A stretch of DNA of 63,754 nt, filler included, from Octopus bimaculoides (lineage: Eukaryota), in NCBI RefSeq assembly GCF_001194135.2. It is 5 parts of 5 records of this genome, joined end to end, with 100 filler letters (N's around TTAATTAATTAA, not from the genome) between each part and the next. Parts side by side here need not be neighbours in the genome. Positions count along the whole stretch, not along the records: positions 1 to 14,604 come from NC_068982.1; 4 more parts are not named here. One strand, 5' to 3'. Numbering within the stretch: position 1 is the stretch's first letter; every line of letters starts with the position of its first letter. The translations under genes were made by a program, and so were the position numbers. Below, one piece after another: positions 1-12,303 of the stretch. The notes below the pieces were generated by a model. It ran no database searches. It saw only the letters and a program-made list of their open reading frames with translations, and was not told where the DNA came from.

Positions 1-307
1 AAAAATAAAAATACAATTGAAATCAAAATATAAATAAAAATAAAAATAAAAAATACAAATAAGGGTACAGCAGGAAAAAAAATAATAGTAGTAAAAAAGA
101 ATACATAAATGAAGGTATAGCATGTGGGACATGCAAACATATAAAAAAGATATATGTCAAAAAACCCTTAGAAATACAAGGCACCCAAAAAGCCTACAAA
201 CATTATAGATAGATCGCTATAGGCACTCCAATGCACATCTATATGTGTTGGTTCGTGTGCACAGCCTTACTCGGATGTCCCCTTACTCTCATGTGTGCAT
301 ATACAAG

Positions 308-460
308 TTTATATATATATATATGTACACAGACACACACGTACATGTGCATATATATAAATGTATCTATGATTGTATCTATCTATCTATCTATCTAGAG
401 AGAGCGAGAGAGAGAGAAAGAGAGAGAGAAAGAGAGAAGGAGAGAGAGAGAGAGACAGAC
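308..460. repeat. Compound microsatellite (TA/CA/ATCT/AG)
   Basis: Directly visible short tandem repeats; explains the spurious ORF 245..562. Confidence 0.9.
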
Positions 461-844
461 AGACATGCAGAAAACAATATAGATCTTGTCACTCGTTGCA
501 TTTCAGGAAATAGACGGACCATGGTATTATTCTTTATTTCAGAATGCAGTTACTTAATCTAGAAACACATTTAACAGTTGAATCCGTCCTGCGCCTAATA
601 ATAACTGTTTAATATGTACACAAACCCGCAGCCCACGGTAATTGACATAATGCCTGTAGCACAGCTTTGTCTCTTTGCACTTTCCTATGGAGGCTCAGTT
701 ATTGACGATTCAGCCGCAGCCATGATTATATGGTTTGTTCCCAACAAGCAGCATCGTCGCACCTTGAACACTTCCAGGTCATCACTCGGAGTGTCTTCGA
801 CACACACAACTGTTCTAACCGCATTATAGTATATTACCTCTGTC

Positions 845-1203
845 GAGCCGCAATGGTCCAGTGGTTAGGGCAGCGGACTCGAAGTGGTGGGATCGCGGTT
901 TCGAGTGTTTATTGAGCGAAAACACCTAAAGCTCCACAAGGCTTCGTGCAGGGGATGGTGGAGAACTCTGCTGTATTCTTTCACCACAACCTTCTCACTA
1001 TGTCTTCCTGTTTCTGTTATACCTGTATTTCAAAGTGCCAAGCCTTGTTACACTCTGTGTCACACCGAATCTCCCCGGGAACTATTTTAAGGGTACACAT
1101 GTCTGTGGAGTGCTCAGCTACTTGCACGTTAATTGCACGAGCAGGCTCTTCCGTTGATTGGATCAGCTCGAACCCTCGACATCGTAACCGACGGAGAGCC
1201 GCC
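845..1203 (+). mobile_element. tRNA-derived SINE with Nin-type central domain, internally deleted copy
   Basis: tRNA-like head (caatggtccagtggttagggcagcggactc...ggtttcga) and conserved body (gtacacatgtctgtggagtgctcagctacttgcacgttaatt...ggatcagctcgaaccctcgacatcgtaaccgacgg); colinear with the copy at 1726-2121. The Nin assignment is from recalled knowledge of mollusc SINEs. Confidence 0.8.
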
Positions 1204-1725
1204 GTAGAAATATAACATCTACTGACCGTCTATACAATACAAGTTCTGATGTTAATCAAGTACATTCTCCAGCTTGTAGAGCACAGTTAGCACCTAGGAA
1301 GCTATTGGATGAAAACATGCACAACCTCAGTAATTTCAATCATTGTAACGCACTTAATTCATCTTCTGTAAGGGATCATTTCAGTGGCATAGCAGTCTTC
1401 AAATTGTATTTGATATATCTCTTTAAATCTTCCAATCTACGAATCCGTTATTCATAAGTAATTTATCAGAACGTGAACAAGACACACCATTTGTGTTTGT
1501 AAACTACTCTAGTATTTCGCTGACTATTTCTACATTATTTACATTATTTACACTTGTAAGTAGTGTACATAATTCCTCATCTCTTAAATATAGAACTGAC
1601 TATTCCTACTATTAACGGATAGGATGAAAAGAGCATTTGCCTTCAATGAAAAGTAAAATCAAAGCGTAAAGCGATATTACCAAATACAATGTGCAATGTA
1701 TATGACAATGTTTTGATTCGGCGGA

Positions 1726-2121
1726 GTGGAGGCGCAATGGCCCAGTGGTTAGGGCAGCGGACTCGCGATCATAGGATCGCGGTTTCGATTCCCAGAACGG
1801 TCGTTGTGAGTGTTTATTGAGCGTAAACACCTAAAAGCTCCAGGAGGCTTCGGCAGGGGATAGTGGCGAACCCTGCTGTACTCTTTCACCACAACTTTCT
1901 CTCATTCTTAATTCATGTTTCTGTTGTACCTGTAATTCAAAGGGTCGGCCTTGTCACACTTTGTCACGCTGAATATACCCGAGAACTACGTTAAGGGTAC
2001 ACGTGTCTGTGGAGTGCCCAGCCACTTGCACCTTAATTCCATGAGCAGGCTGTTCCGGTGATCGGATCAACTGGAACCCTCGACGTCGTAAGCGACAGAG
2101 TGCCAACAACAACAACAAACG
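1726..2121 (+). mobile_element. Full-length tRNA-derived Nin-type SINE with (AAC)n tail and 8-bp TSD
   Basis: A-box-like tggcccagtggttaggg, B-box-like ggtttcgattccc, Nin-like body, aacaacaac tail; tcggcgga at 1718-1725 and 2122-2129 flanks it as a direct repeat. Confidence 0.85.
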
Positions 2122-2215
2122 TCGGCGGAATTTGAAATCAAAACGTAAAAACGGACGAAATGTCGCTAAGCATTTTGTCCACCATTCTAACGATATTGTC
2201 TGCTCGCCGTCTTAA
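2122..2215 (-). mobile_element. 5' part of second tRNA-derived SINE family (interrupted by the Nin-type SINE)
   Basis: Reverse complement matches the head of the family copy at 24635-24794 (ggcgagc...gttag...aaatgcttagcg...tttcgtc...ttacgtt...ttcaaattccgccga). Confidence 0.7.
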
Positions 2216-3597
2216 TTCTCCTGCTAATAGTGATTGACAATGTAACTACAAATTGAGGCAAATATAAATCTAGCAGCCTTACAGCTATATAATAACTGTT
2301 TCTAACAGTGAAAATACGATTATATTGACTACAGGGTTTCTTAAATCACGGGACAGCGAGGAATGTTAGAGCAAGATTCGAAAGTAAAATATATAAGAAC
2401 ATAACCAACTAAAAAGCCTAAGTCTACTGATTCTACCACATGTTGCCTTGTCGATAATATGAATAGGACTTTAAAAAAACTGGTTTTCAGAAAGACGCTC
2501 ACTCTTAGTTCTATATGGAGTTGAAAACGAAATGCTTTTGTTCAAGGTATTTGTTTTTGTCAGAAATTTCTCTAAATTTATTGTTTTTCAATTTAACACA
2601 GACGTCATTTTCTTATCCTGTTCTATTTTGAATTTCAGTTGTAATCTCCGTCTGAACATTTACAATCTTCGATAATCTGGTAATAAAAGTTGAAATTACA
2701 AAATATATNNNNNNNNNNNNNNNNNNNNNNNNNNNNNNNNNNNNNNNNNNNNNNNNNNNNNNNNNNNNNNNNNNNNNNNNNNNNNNNNNNNNNNNNNNNN
2801 NNNNNNNNNNNNNNNNNNNNNNNNNNNNNNNNNNNNNNNNNNNNNNNNNNNNNNNNNNNNNNNNNNNNNNNNNNNNNNNNNNNNNNNNNNNNNNNNNNNN
2901 NNNNNNNNNNNNNNNNNNNNNNNNNNNNNNNNNNNNNNNNNNNNNNNNNNNNNNNNNNNNNNNNNNNNNNNNNNNNNNNNNNNNNNNNNNNNNNNNNNNN
3001 NNNNNNNNNNNNNNNNNNNNNNNNNNNNNNNNNNNNNNNNNNNNNNNNNNNNNNNNNNNNNNNNNNNNNNNNNNNNNNNNNNNNNNNNNNNNNNNNNNNN
3101 NNNNNNNNNNNNNNNNNNNNNNNNNNNNNNNNNNNNNNNNNNNNNNNNNNNNNNNNNNNNNNNNNNNNNNNNNNNNNNNNNNNNNNNNNNNNNNNNNNNN
3201 NNNNNNNNNNNNNNNNNNNNNNNCTTATCCCCTCATCCTTCTTCCAAAATGTGAAAGCAATAATTCTGTTGATGGCTGTCGATCGAACCAAGAAAATTAT
3301 ATCGCCATGTTTCTGTTTAAATTCCTTGACACAAACACCATGAATTTTCGATGACTGGGCAGTACTTCAACCTGGAATACCTTCAAAAGGATCCCGTCTG
3401 ACGTTCAGGTTATTCCGATGTCCCATCGACAAGGATGTATCTGAAAAGAAAATGCATAATCCGTAGCGGTATGGACGTAGCGGTATGAACGTAGAGAGCA
3501 AAAGTGCAGAACGTATGCCCCTCTTTCATTCTAGCCAAGATTCAAATAATTCTACCAAATGACCGCCATTTAATAGATTACTCTGTAAGCTCACATA

Positions 3598-4032
3598 TTT
3601 ATTTCTTTACTCCCCACATGGAGCTAAACATAGCGGGGACATGCAAGGACCGACAAAGGGATTAAGTCGATTACATCGACCCCCACTGCGTAACTGGTAC
3701 TTATCTAATCGACTTGGAAAGGATGAAAGGCAAAGTTTGACTTCCGCTGAATTTGAACTCGAAATGTAACGGCAGACGAAAAACCGCTAAGCATTTCGCT
3801 CGGCGTGCTAACGATTTCTTACTTCTCTAGGCACAAGGCATGAGCATTTTTGGGGAGGGGCCAGTCGATTAGATCGCCCCCCGGTATGCAACTAGTTCTT
3901 AATTTAACGATCCCGAAAGGATGACAGGCAAAGTCGACCTCGGTGGAATTTGACCTTAGAACATAAAGACAGACGAAATACCGCTAAGCATTTCGCCCGG
4001 CGTGCTAACGATTCTACCACCTCGCCGCCCTT
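3598..4032 (-). mobile_element. Two adjacent copies of tRNA-derived SINE family 2 (about 3598-3818 and 3820-4032)
   Basis: Both carry the reverse complement of gcacgccgggcgaaatgcttagcgg...gttcaaattc...gactttgcctttcatcctttcggggtcgat...gtaccag...gtcgatgtaatcgact. Confidence 0.85.
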
Positions 4033-5837
4033 GGACGTTCACATATTGTTGTATATCTAAAAGTTATTCTTTAAATTTTTTTATTAAGATTAACTCATCT
4101 ATGTGGCACACGTTTATCAAGAAACACGTGGACTGCCGAGTCAAATGTACGACACATATGGTCACTCACACTGCTAGTAGTAGCAACCAAATATTACTTA
4201 ACTTAGACACTGTTGTCTTAAATAACTAAGGATACATTTATCAATGTAGATCCGCGTATGCATTGAGATGATATGATGATGAACGTAGTGAAAGCGGAGT
4301 TGCATCAAAATAATAATCTTTATAGAATGAGGAGTTTTATGATGAGCTCAGTTCCAGTGTTTGATCGGAACTTTAATCTATTGACCCGGAAAGATGAAAG
4401 GCAAAGTAGATCACAACGAAATTTCAACTCAGCATCTAAATATTCGGAAGAAACACGCATGACAGCTTATGCGACGCTTTAAAAGATCTGCACAAACAAA
4501 TGATCAAACACACATCCACACACACAGCTATATATATGTATATATATATATAGAGGGAGGAACATTTATGCATAGGCTTGGAGAATCTTTGCAAGCTATA
4601 AAAATATGTAGATTTTTTTGTATATTTTAGGTAATCCATAGAATAGACTTGGATAAATAGTCAATTTCTTTTTTAGTGAGGCCCTTTCCATGTATTTGAA
4701 GTAAGGAGGATAAGTTTTTAAGTGTCTTCTGTGGATTGTATTGTACTATCTTCTCATAGTAAATATTGTTTTCCAACTTGTGCAGAGTATTAAGTTTTTA
4801 TAATACTCTGTGTCCATCACTACTACCGCACTTCCTTTATCGGCTTCTGTAATGGTCAGGTTTATATCATTTTTTAAAACTCGATTAGGTTTTTCCACTC
4901 ATTTGTGTTAAGGTTGGATTTAATTCCTTGTTTTTGTAGGGTATTGAAAGGAAAATTGGTAATGTGTTCACAAAAATCATCAAGTGCTTATTTCTTCCTT
5001 CAATAATGATCACTCCAGACACCATGATGTTTGACGGAATGTTTGATTTTTATCACTCTCGGTACATGTACTCATATTGCGCTGTCCTCAGATTGTCACC
5101 AAAATCCTCTGAAATGTTTGTATTGGAGATTCCGGCGCAAATGTCAAGCAGCACAACACATGATTTCCAAATTTTCTGACAGAGTGAATTGCGTCATGGT
5201 GCTGTCTTTTTCACGGAAGGTGCCCCACTGACTCTACTATACTCTGTAGTCGCCAAAATCAAAACCAAACAATGCACATGCGCGAAATTAAAAATATGAA
5301 ATGGCCATAATTTACTCATCGCTTCCTGTATACATGTAGTTCAAATGTATAATACGGGTTTCATGTTTGGTGAGGTTTTACTATGGATGAATCATGTTGA
5401 AGCTAGACTCAATGATCACAGTTTCAAAACGATTAATAAAATGGTTAATTATAGCAATTATGATTCTAAAATCGTAAAAGAATAAAGAATATGCTCCATG
5501 ATTAAGACATATGGAAGTGTGGCTTTGATTCCTTTCCCAAAACCTGATTTATTACGAAGCAATACACGAATTTATACGAGGTTACACGACTGGTTAGGAA
5601 TAGCAACCACATCTACTCCAAAGATTATAAAATGGACGATGAAACTAGATTGAAATATAAATGGAATTGTCATGAATGGAACACTTGTGATCATGCTTGC
5701 TGAATCAAGACTGATGTTAGTTAAACAACAACGCTAAATATTTTTCCGTTTTGTAGAAAATATTATTGATAAGAATAATGAAACCTTCTACGTGTTACAA
5801 ATTAAGCTGAGCTCTATGTCATTATCAAATTTAATTT

Positions 5838-6048
5838 AAGGCAGTGAGCTGACAGTATTGTTAGCAAGCAGGGTAAAATGCTTATCAGTATTTCGTCTGT
5901 CCTTACGTTCGGAGTTCAAATTCCGCTGAGGTGAACTTTGCTTTCATCCTTTCGGGGTCGATGACATAGATAACAGTAGAACACTGGAGTTGATGTAATC
6001 GACTAGCCTCTCCACTAAATTTCAGGCCTTGTGCCTGTAGTAGAAAGG
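5838..6048 (+). mobile_element. SINE family 2 copy
   Basis: aaggcagtgagctgacag...gagttcaaattccgctgagg...ctttcatcctttcggggtcgat...ggccttgtgcct matches other copies in the window. Confidence 0.8.
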
Positions 6049-7418
6049 TTTATGATATTCATCTTAAAATAATATCTATGATGTTAAACGTTGATAGAAA
6101 TAGAGAATGACTACAGATATCTTTCGGGAAATGTTTAAAATTGTTATACCAAATCTGTAAACAATTGGTTTACATCTAAAATATATAAGGTTTTAGTAAA
6201 AATTAGAAAATAGTAAAAGAAAGAATATTTTTCCAAACTTTTCCTCAAGATAATGTATAAAATACGTAATTATACTGGCTACAGTACAGACGTCACAAAT
6301 TCAATTGGTTAGGAGTGAGATTTTTCTGTTATTAAGCCACAGGTCATTCTTCATCTCAAATAGCAGGCTGTTTCCAATATGTACGAATGCTGTAAGGCAG
6401 ATTTGATTGCTATTTAGTAGTTTGTAAAGTTCTGTAGTTAGTTTCGGTTTACCTCTCATTCTATATGGTACATGCATTCTTTTGGGAAATGTTTAAAAAT
6501 GAACTACACAAAATTTAATTTTAATCTACCTATTTATTTTTGTTGATTCTTAGTACTCTCTCTCTTTCTGTCTGTCTGTTTCTCTTTTTCTCTCTCTCTA
6601 CATTAGAAGTCAATTTTGACATTAGTGAAAGTTTCTTAAGATGAGGTAAAACTGTATTGCTTACAATTTTTATCTATGTTTTTTTCTTCATTTCTACTTA
6701 TTAATTCTGTAAATTTTGATATTCACCTGGGAAAACAGCACACGATATTGGCAGAAATCAGACGTAAAAATAATAATACCCGGATGAAATTTATTAGGAT
6801 AGCTCATTACGATTTTTTTTGGTTTTGTCATATCACACTTGAGGATATTTTCAGTCTAGACAGTTTGATCGATAATAAATATTTAACCAATGTAATATTA
6901 TAATCTATTGATAATATATGAATATATACGAAAGTGGATATTGACATTTTCGCTGTTTACCCGTTTAACTTACAGCAAATTGACAAACGTCATTGCCGAA
7001 GAATACAGGACTTATGTCTCGTAATAGAAATACTATTTCAATATTATAACAATGATAAACATCTGCAGGCGTTCGCTATTTAATTTCATATGATTCATAT
7101 CAACTTCCAACATCATAAATATTATTGTGATAAATATCATTTTAATTACTTCTAATAATAATTATTGTTACCTTCTGTCAAATCTGTATTATATTAAAGA
7201 CAACGTCTTACAAAGACACACACAGAAATTTATATTCAATGTTGACACATATTGTGTCGTGCAATGAGATATTAATTAGTATTATGTGTAATCTAAATAA
7301 CAGACGTGAGTTCAGTTAGTGGTGAATTTTAATTCTTTTCGCAAGTACGGGAGACAAATCTGTACCAGTTTCGCTTTATTAGATTTCCTCATTGAATCTC
7401 GAACAACATACAACACCG

Positions 7419-7490
7419 AGCCGAATAACTGAAGAGATGTTGGCGTAGACCCCCACCCTGGCATCCGAAACTCGGAGTTTTATCATGGCT
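7419..7490 (+). ncRNA. Type I hammerhead ribozyme fold (Penelope/retrozyme-like)
   Basis: Core CTGAAGA 7429-7435 and GAAA 7467-7470; stem II gatgttgg/ctggcatc; stem III AACTC-g-GAGT; GUU triplet 7477-7479; stem I agccgaataa pairs with ttatcatggct. Folded by eye only. Confidence 0.65.
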
Positions 7491-8350
7491 ACGGAATAAG
7501 TGTCACATANNNNNNNNNNTATATATGCATATATATATATACATGTATATACATATTTATATATATATATGTATATATATAAATATATATGTGTGTATAT
7601 ATGTGTGTGATTTATATATGTAGAAGAGAAATATTAAAATTAGTATAGCTATAAAGAACAAAAGATTTTGTTTATACTCTTACTCTATACGTAAAATATT
7701 TTAACACTAAGTTAACTGTTCTGTTTCTTTGGATAATTGCCGCCGGTAATTTACTGCTTTAAACAATATTCTAATTTTCCTGAATGACTCAATTCTTCAT
7801 TTTACATATATTCTTTGGATATTATCACACTACTTCTTCAGCAGCTACAATGGAGCAACGCTTTGCTTACCAGGTTAAATTTCATCAAAACATGCTTGAT
7901 GACCCCAGCTTTGCTTGGTTAAATCTATAAAACATTATGGTATCCAAGCCTCAGTAAGATTTCTAATTAGATATTTTTCATTCCTTACATCGAACGCGTT
8001 CACACTAAATTTACATTTGTTTCTGATATCCGTGACGTCATTTTTAAAATTAACTTTGTGATTGTGTAAATTTCTACATTTATACTATATATATATATTC
8101 GCTTTATTCACAATCTAGTCTATATTTAGCTGCTTGTATGTCGATCATTTTGTTATACCTATTATGTTTTTACGTAGCATCGATTGTGCATTTGATGTGG
8201 ACAAGATATTTAACTGCGGAAAATATGCTATAATTTTATTGTTTTGACTTCAAAATCCAGCTGAGTTTATTCTTGTCTTTCATGTGTCTTACAAGGCGGG
8301 AGGTAGTCAATAAAATAACGAACGAGTTAATTACTGTGGTTGATGATATC

Positions 8351-8558
8351 GTAAGAGCCCGGTAGAATCGTTAGAGCGACGGACAATATTCTGAGCGATA
8401 TTTCTTCCTCCTCTCTATGCTGCAAGTTCAAATTCTGCCGAAATCAACGTTGTCTTTCATCCTTTCGGGATCGATAAAATAAGTCCCATTCGTGCTCTGT
8501 CGTCGATGTAGACCACTTTCTTCCTGTCCTCGACATTACTGGCCTTGTGCCAAAATTT
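8351..8558 (+). mobile_element. Diverged SINE family 2 copy
   Basis: gttcaaattctgccga...ctttcatcctttcgggatcgataaaataagt...ggccttgtgccaaaattt. Confidence 0.7.
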
Positions 8559-9049
8559 AAAACCATTATGATTTTGGTGAAGCCAAAGGTTAAAAATGTG
8601 AATCCCATATCCAGGTGTAACTGAAATAATTTTTTTTTCACAACTAGATTATTGGTGCAACCTTTGGGAATGTCTGCTTACCCGGGTTAGGCAAGAAGGT
8701 TGGGTTTTTTTAAAGTATCACCTGGTTTTACCCTGCGATTCTAAGACGTTCTGTTATTGGGAATCCTCTCTTGAGAGTAATTTAATTAAAAGAAATTGAC
8801 TGTTCTGTTAATTGTAAACACATATAAGAACATAGAAAACTAAAAGTCACATTCTAACAGAAAGATACAGCATAAGAGTCTTCACGTTTACCGAAAAATA
8901 CTCTCCGCCAAGTCCAATTAGCTAAATGTGGAATGTTTTGTTGAAAGAACTAAAACTGGTAGAATTTATGGCCCAAGACAACCACCAGCCTGCCGCAATC
9001 AACGACAGAAAAACTCTACAGGAGAAAGATATCCTCTATGTATTTTACC

Positions 9050-9560
9050 AACGTCTCGAAGCCTTTCTTTGATTAATGGATCATTATTTTCCTCGCGTTT
9101 TATTCCCTGTGTGAAGTCATGCTAGTTCCTATTGTGTGCAATTAAAATATTATAAGAAGCTTATTACTACATCATATACATTGATACCTATTACCTATTC
9201 TTTTTAATCTCTGTTTCAAGTATTAATCTATCTAATTTCTCTATAATATTCCTTCTTAACTTTTGCCTTTCATCTATGTCTGCTCTATACTGTTTACGTC
9301 GTTGATTCCCAAATATTTGTATGTCTATGTTTGATGTTACACACTACATCACAACTTCATTATCTATCATAATACCAATGTTCGTAATTAAATTTCCTCT
9401 CTCCAAGGTCGCATTCGCACATTTTTCTAAGCCAAACAATTATTGATCTCATTATTAAATACGTACGATATGCCCTGGCTTCTTGTAGTTCCTTGTTTGT
9501 ATCATAGAACTTGAAAACACCCGTATACAAAAATGCTCCATTGTTTTACAATAGCACCTA
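9050..9560 (-). pseudogene. Decayed R4/Dong-clade (RLE-type) non-LTR retrotransposon RT fragment
   Basis: Minus-strand translation gives FGLEKCANATLERGNL..., then after a frameshift TYKYLGINDVNSIEQT*MKGK; FGxxKCA and YKYLGI are typical of the RT end of R4/Dong/NeSL-like elements. Many stops. Confidence 0.65.
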
Positions 9561-9747
9561 TAACCAAGTCTAACTCTATTACAAATGTCGACTAAATGCA
9601 AGAAGACTAGAGAGAAAGAGTGGATCAAGATGTATCTTTGAATATAAAGCTGTCAGAGGGGGCAGAGATGGATTTAGTTTTCCTTTTCCCTCTTTATTTT
9701 GTATGTACATAGTGGTTTGTCGTTTACTCATAATAGTGTTTATATCC

Positions 9748-9896
9748 AAGGCAGTCAGCTGCCAGAGTCGTTAGCACGCCGGGCGAAATTCTTAGCGGTA
9801 CTTCGTTTGCCGTTAGGTTCTGAGTTCTAATTCCTCTTAGGTCGACTTTGCCTTTCAAATTATCGGGGTCGATAAATTAAGTACCAGTTATGCACT
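9748..9896 (+). mobile_element. SINE family 2 copy
   Basis: gttagcacgccgggcgaaattcttagcggtacttcgtttgccgttaggttctgagtt...gtcgactttgcctttc...ggggtcgataaattaagtaccagtta. Confidence 0.85.
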
Positions 9897-9929
9897 CACG
9901 CATATGCGCGCGCGACAACACACATACAC

Positions 9930-9960
<31 letters not shown>

Positions 9961-11024
9961 TGTATGTGTGCATTCATGTTTGTCCCCTCACCACCTCCTC
10001 TTGATTCGTGGTGGTTTCTTCACATATTTATAACGTAGTGGTTTGGTAAAAAGCGGAAGATAAACTACTTCGGTCGATTTCTTCTTATAAACTTTTGAAG
10101 GTAGTGCCTCGGCATGACCGAATCTAAAGTCTAAACCAATGAAAAAATGTTTGATTTGGTGTATATACATTTACGTACTCGGATAGAGGATGCGTTTCTA
10201 TAAAAATACTACACTTTTGAAATACACTTCGAAGATTCGTAACTTAAATACATATTAATTATATCCTGGAAGTGGCTTAGCAGATACCGTTATATTCACT
10301 GTTTACTTTGCTGTAAAGTATAGTAGTCCATATATTCTAAAACGAATCGTTGGTCACTAACAGTGTTTTTATTAAAACAAATCTGATGCTTACATGTTAT
10401 GTGTCTCCAAAATATATTTTATATCATAGTAGACTTTACGATACATATGTGTACCAGGCGTATATTTAGTACGCGGGAGAGCTTTTCCGTTTGAACCATA
10501 GATGACAGGAATGAAACTTATTAAAAATCCTACCATGTAATATATCTCTTAACGTGACATTTGTTCATAATATAACTAAAACAGATAAAGCAAGAAAACA
10601 CTTGTTGATTTCCAGGAGTTTAGGGGCACAAATATTGTTTATTCTCTCAAACTTTTCAATTTGATGCTCAAAGCCGACATCTGTGTGATTTGAACTCAGA
10701 TGAATAAGTGTCAGGATATGACAAGATCGAAATATTGAAGGAACAGCTGAAATACTGTAGTTATTCTTGAACACGTTAGGCATAATGATAATTTAGTTTA
10801 TAATAAATAAAGCTGTCTTACCAAGTAATACATTTGAATATATTAGTCAGCAAATGACTTTTATTTCGGCAGCCCGGGGTGTTTTGTTGTCAGGTGTCAA
10901 AAATGACAGAATTTAAATACAGAAACAGATGGTGAATAATCGAAATACGTAAATAGTGATTTCAGCAATGACGCGACTAAATAATGATAAATTTAATTTA
11001 ACAAAACTATCTCCTTCTTGAAAA

Positions 11025-11200
11025 TGGCAAGTTAGCAGAATCTGTTGTGGCATTTCGTTATCCTTTACGTTCTGAGTTCAAATTCCGCCGAGTTCAACTA
11101 TACGTTTCCCTCTTTCGAGGTCAATAAAATATCGTAATAGTCAACAACGCTGATCAATGTAATCGACTTAAACTGTCTTCTCAAAATCTCTGGCCTTGAA
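11025..11200 (+). mobile_element. Diverged SINE family 2 copy
   Basis: tttacgttctgagttcaaattccgccgag...tgtaatcgactta...ggcctt. Confidence 0.65.
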
Positions 11201-12184
11201 CTCTGCAACGAATCTGCGTCTTGTTCAGAAGAGAATGTAATGATCCCAGTCATAAAAACGGGTAACCGGACTTATGGTCGCTAAGGTTCGTGCTAAATAT
11301 CGTTACTGTTCAGCGTAGACACTAAACAATGGTTAAATCATTTAATCAAAGTCAAGAGAGACAAATTGGAAGATGGCAAATCAGTAAAGGGTAAATGTTA
11401 TTTGGCCTTTTACTTTGCCGTACAGGGTGTGTGTTAAATCGAATCTGTGGTGAATCAAGCAACGAAACAAATGACAATGAAGTTGAACAACAGAGGAAAT
11501 ATATTACTAGCAAGAAAACTAAAACACTCTATCGAATACTGTTTAAAAAATTTACTCTCGGACTTATGTTCTTTTTAACTGAGTTACTCGAAGCCTTCAC
11601 GATTTTTCAATCCAGGGTATCTTAACCTTGTACACTACGCTATTTTTGATACTAAAAGTGATGAACAATGTGTAAAAAAAGGTAAAAAACAGTAAAATGG
11701 TCTACTACATAGTGGGGTACGAGTAGCCATTACATCCTCCAATATGGCGAGGGATTACTGTATTTGCTCATCATTGTGCCACTGAAGTGAGGTGTAGAGA
11801 CTTTGAATACTTCTGTGTTTACAATGATAAAATATTTCCAGTGAATCAAATTTGTGATTATTCATTGCAGTACTTTCTGCATTTAGAGAAGTAACAATAG
11901 TACACGCAGCTATTTTTTTCACGAAGAAAGTGCTGCAACTGAATCGAAATATTCACTTTTACATGGAACTCATATCGCAATAAAAGACAATAGGCTCACA
12001 TATGTTGGACTTGGCGTTGCACGTGCTTTCCGACCATGTATTGAAAAAACATTTCCTTAGAGCTGCAGGAAAAATAACATCTTTATGGGAATTTCCATTC
12101 AAACGCCCGATTGAGTTCACAGAAATCGATGCCAACTAAGCATTATCGAGTTTTCGAAAAATTCCGACCTTATTTGAACTTCAG

Positions 12185-12303
12185 GGCATGTGATCTACCT
12201 ATGTACCAAAAATCATTAAAATAGGTTGGACGGTATTGGAGAAGTTAGAGTAGCTCCAAGCACACACACAACCAGACATCATTACACATTTATGTATATA
12301 GAT
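12185..12303 (+). mobile_element. Possible Helitron/Helentron-associated (HINE-like) non-autonomous element 3' end
   Basis: atgtaccaaaaatcattaaaataggttggacggt...cacacacaaccagaca...catttatgtatatagat resembles the HINE/DINE-type terminus (aaatttcat...microsatellite...tatatagat). Resemblance from memory only. Confidence 0.3.

Noticed and set aside
2639-2679. Plus-strand 41-nt exon candidate (ttcag...CTG/gtaata)
   Set aside because: Stops in all three frames, weak donor, no partner exon.
11395-11625. 76-aa ORF / possible mariner-like tacagggtg terminus
   Set aside because: No recognisable motif and no matching opposite terminus found.
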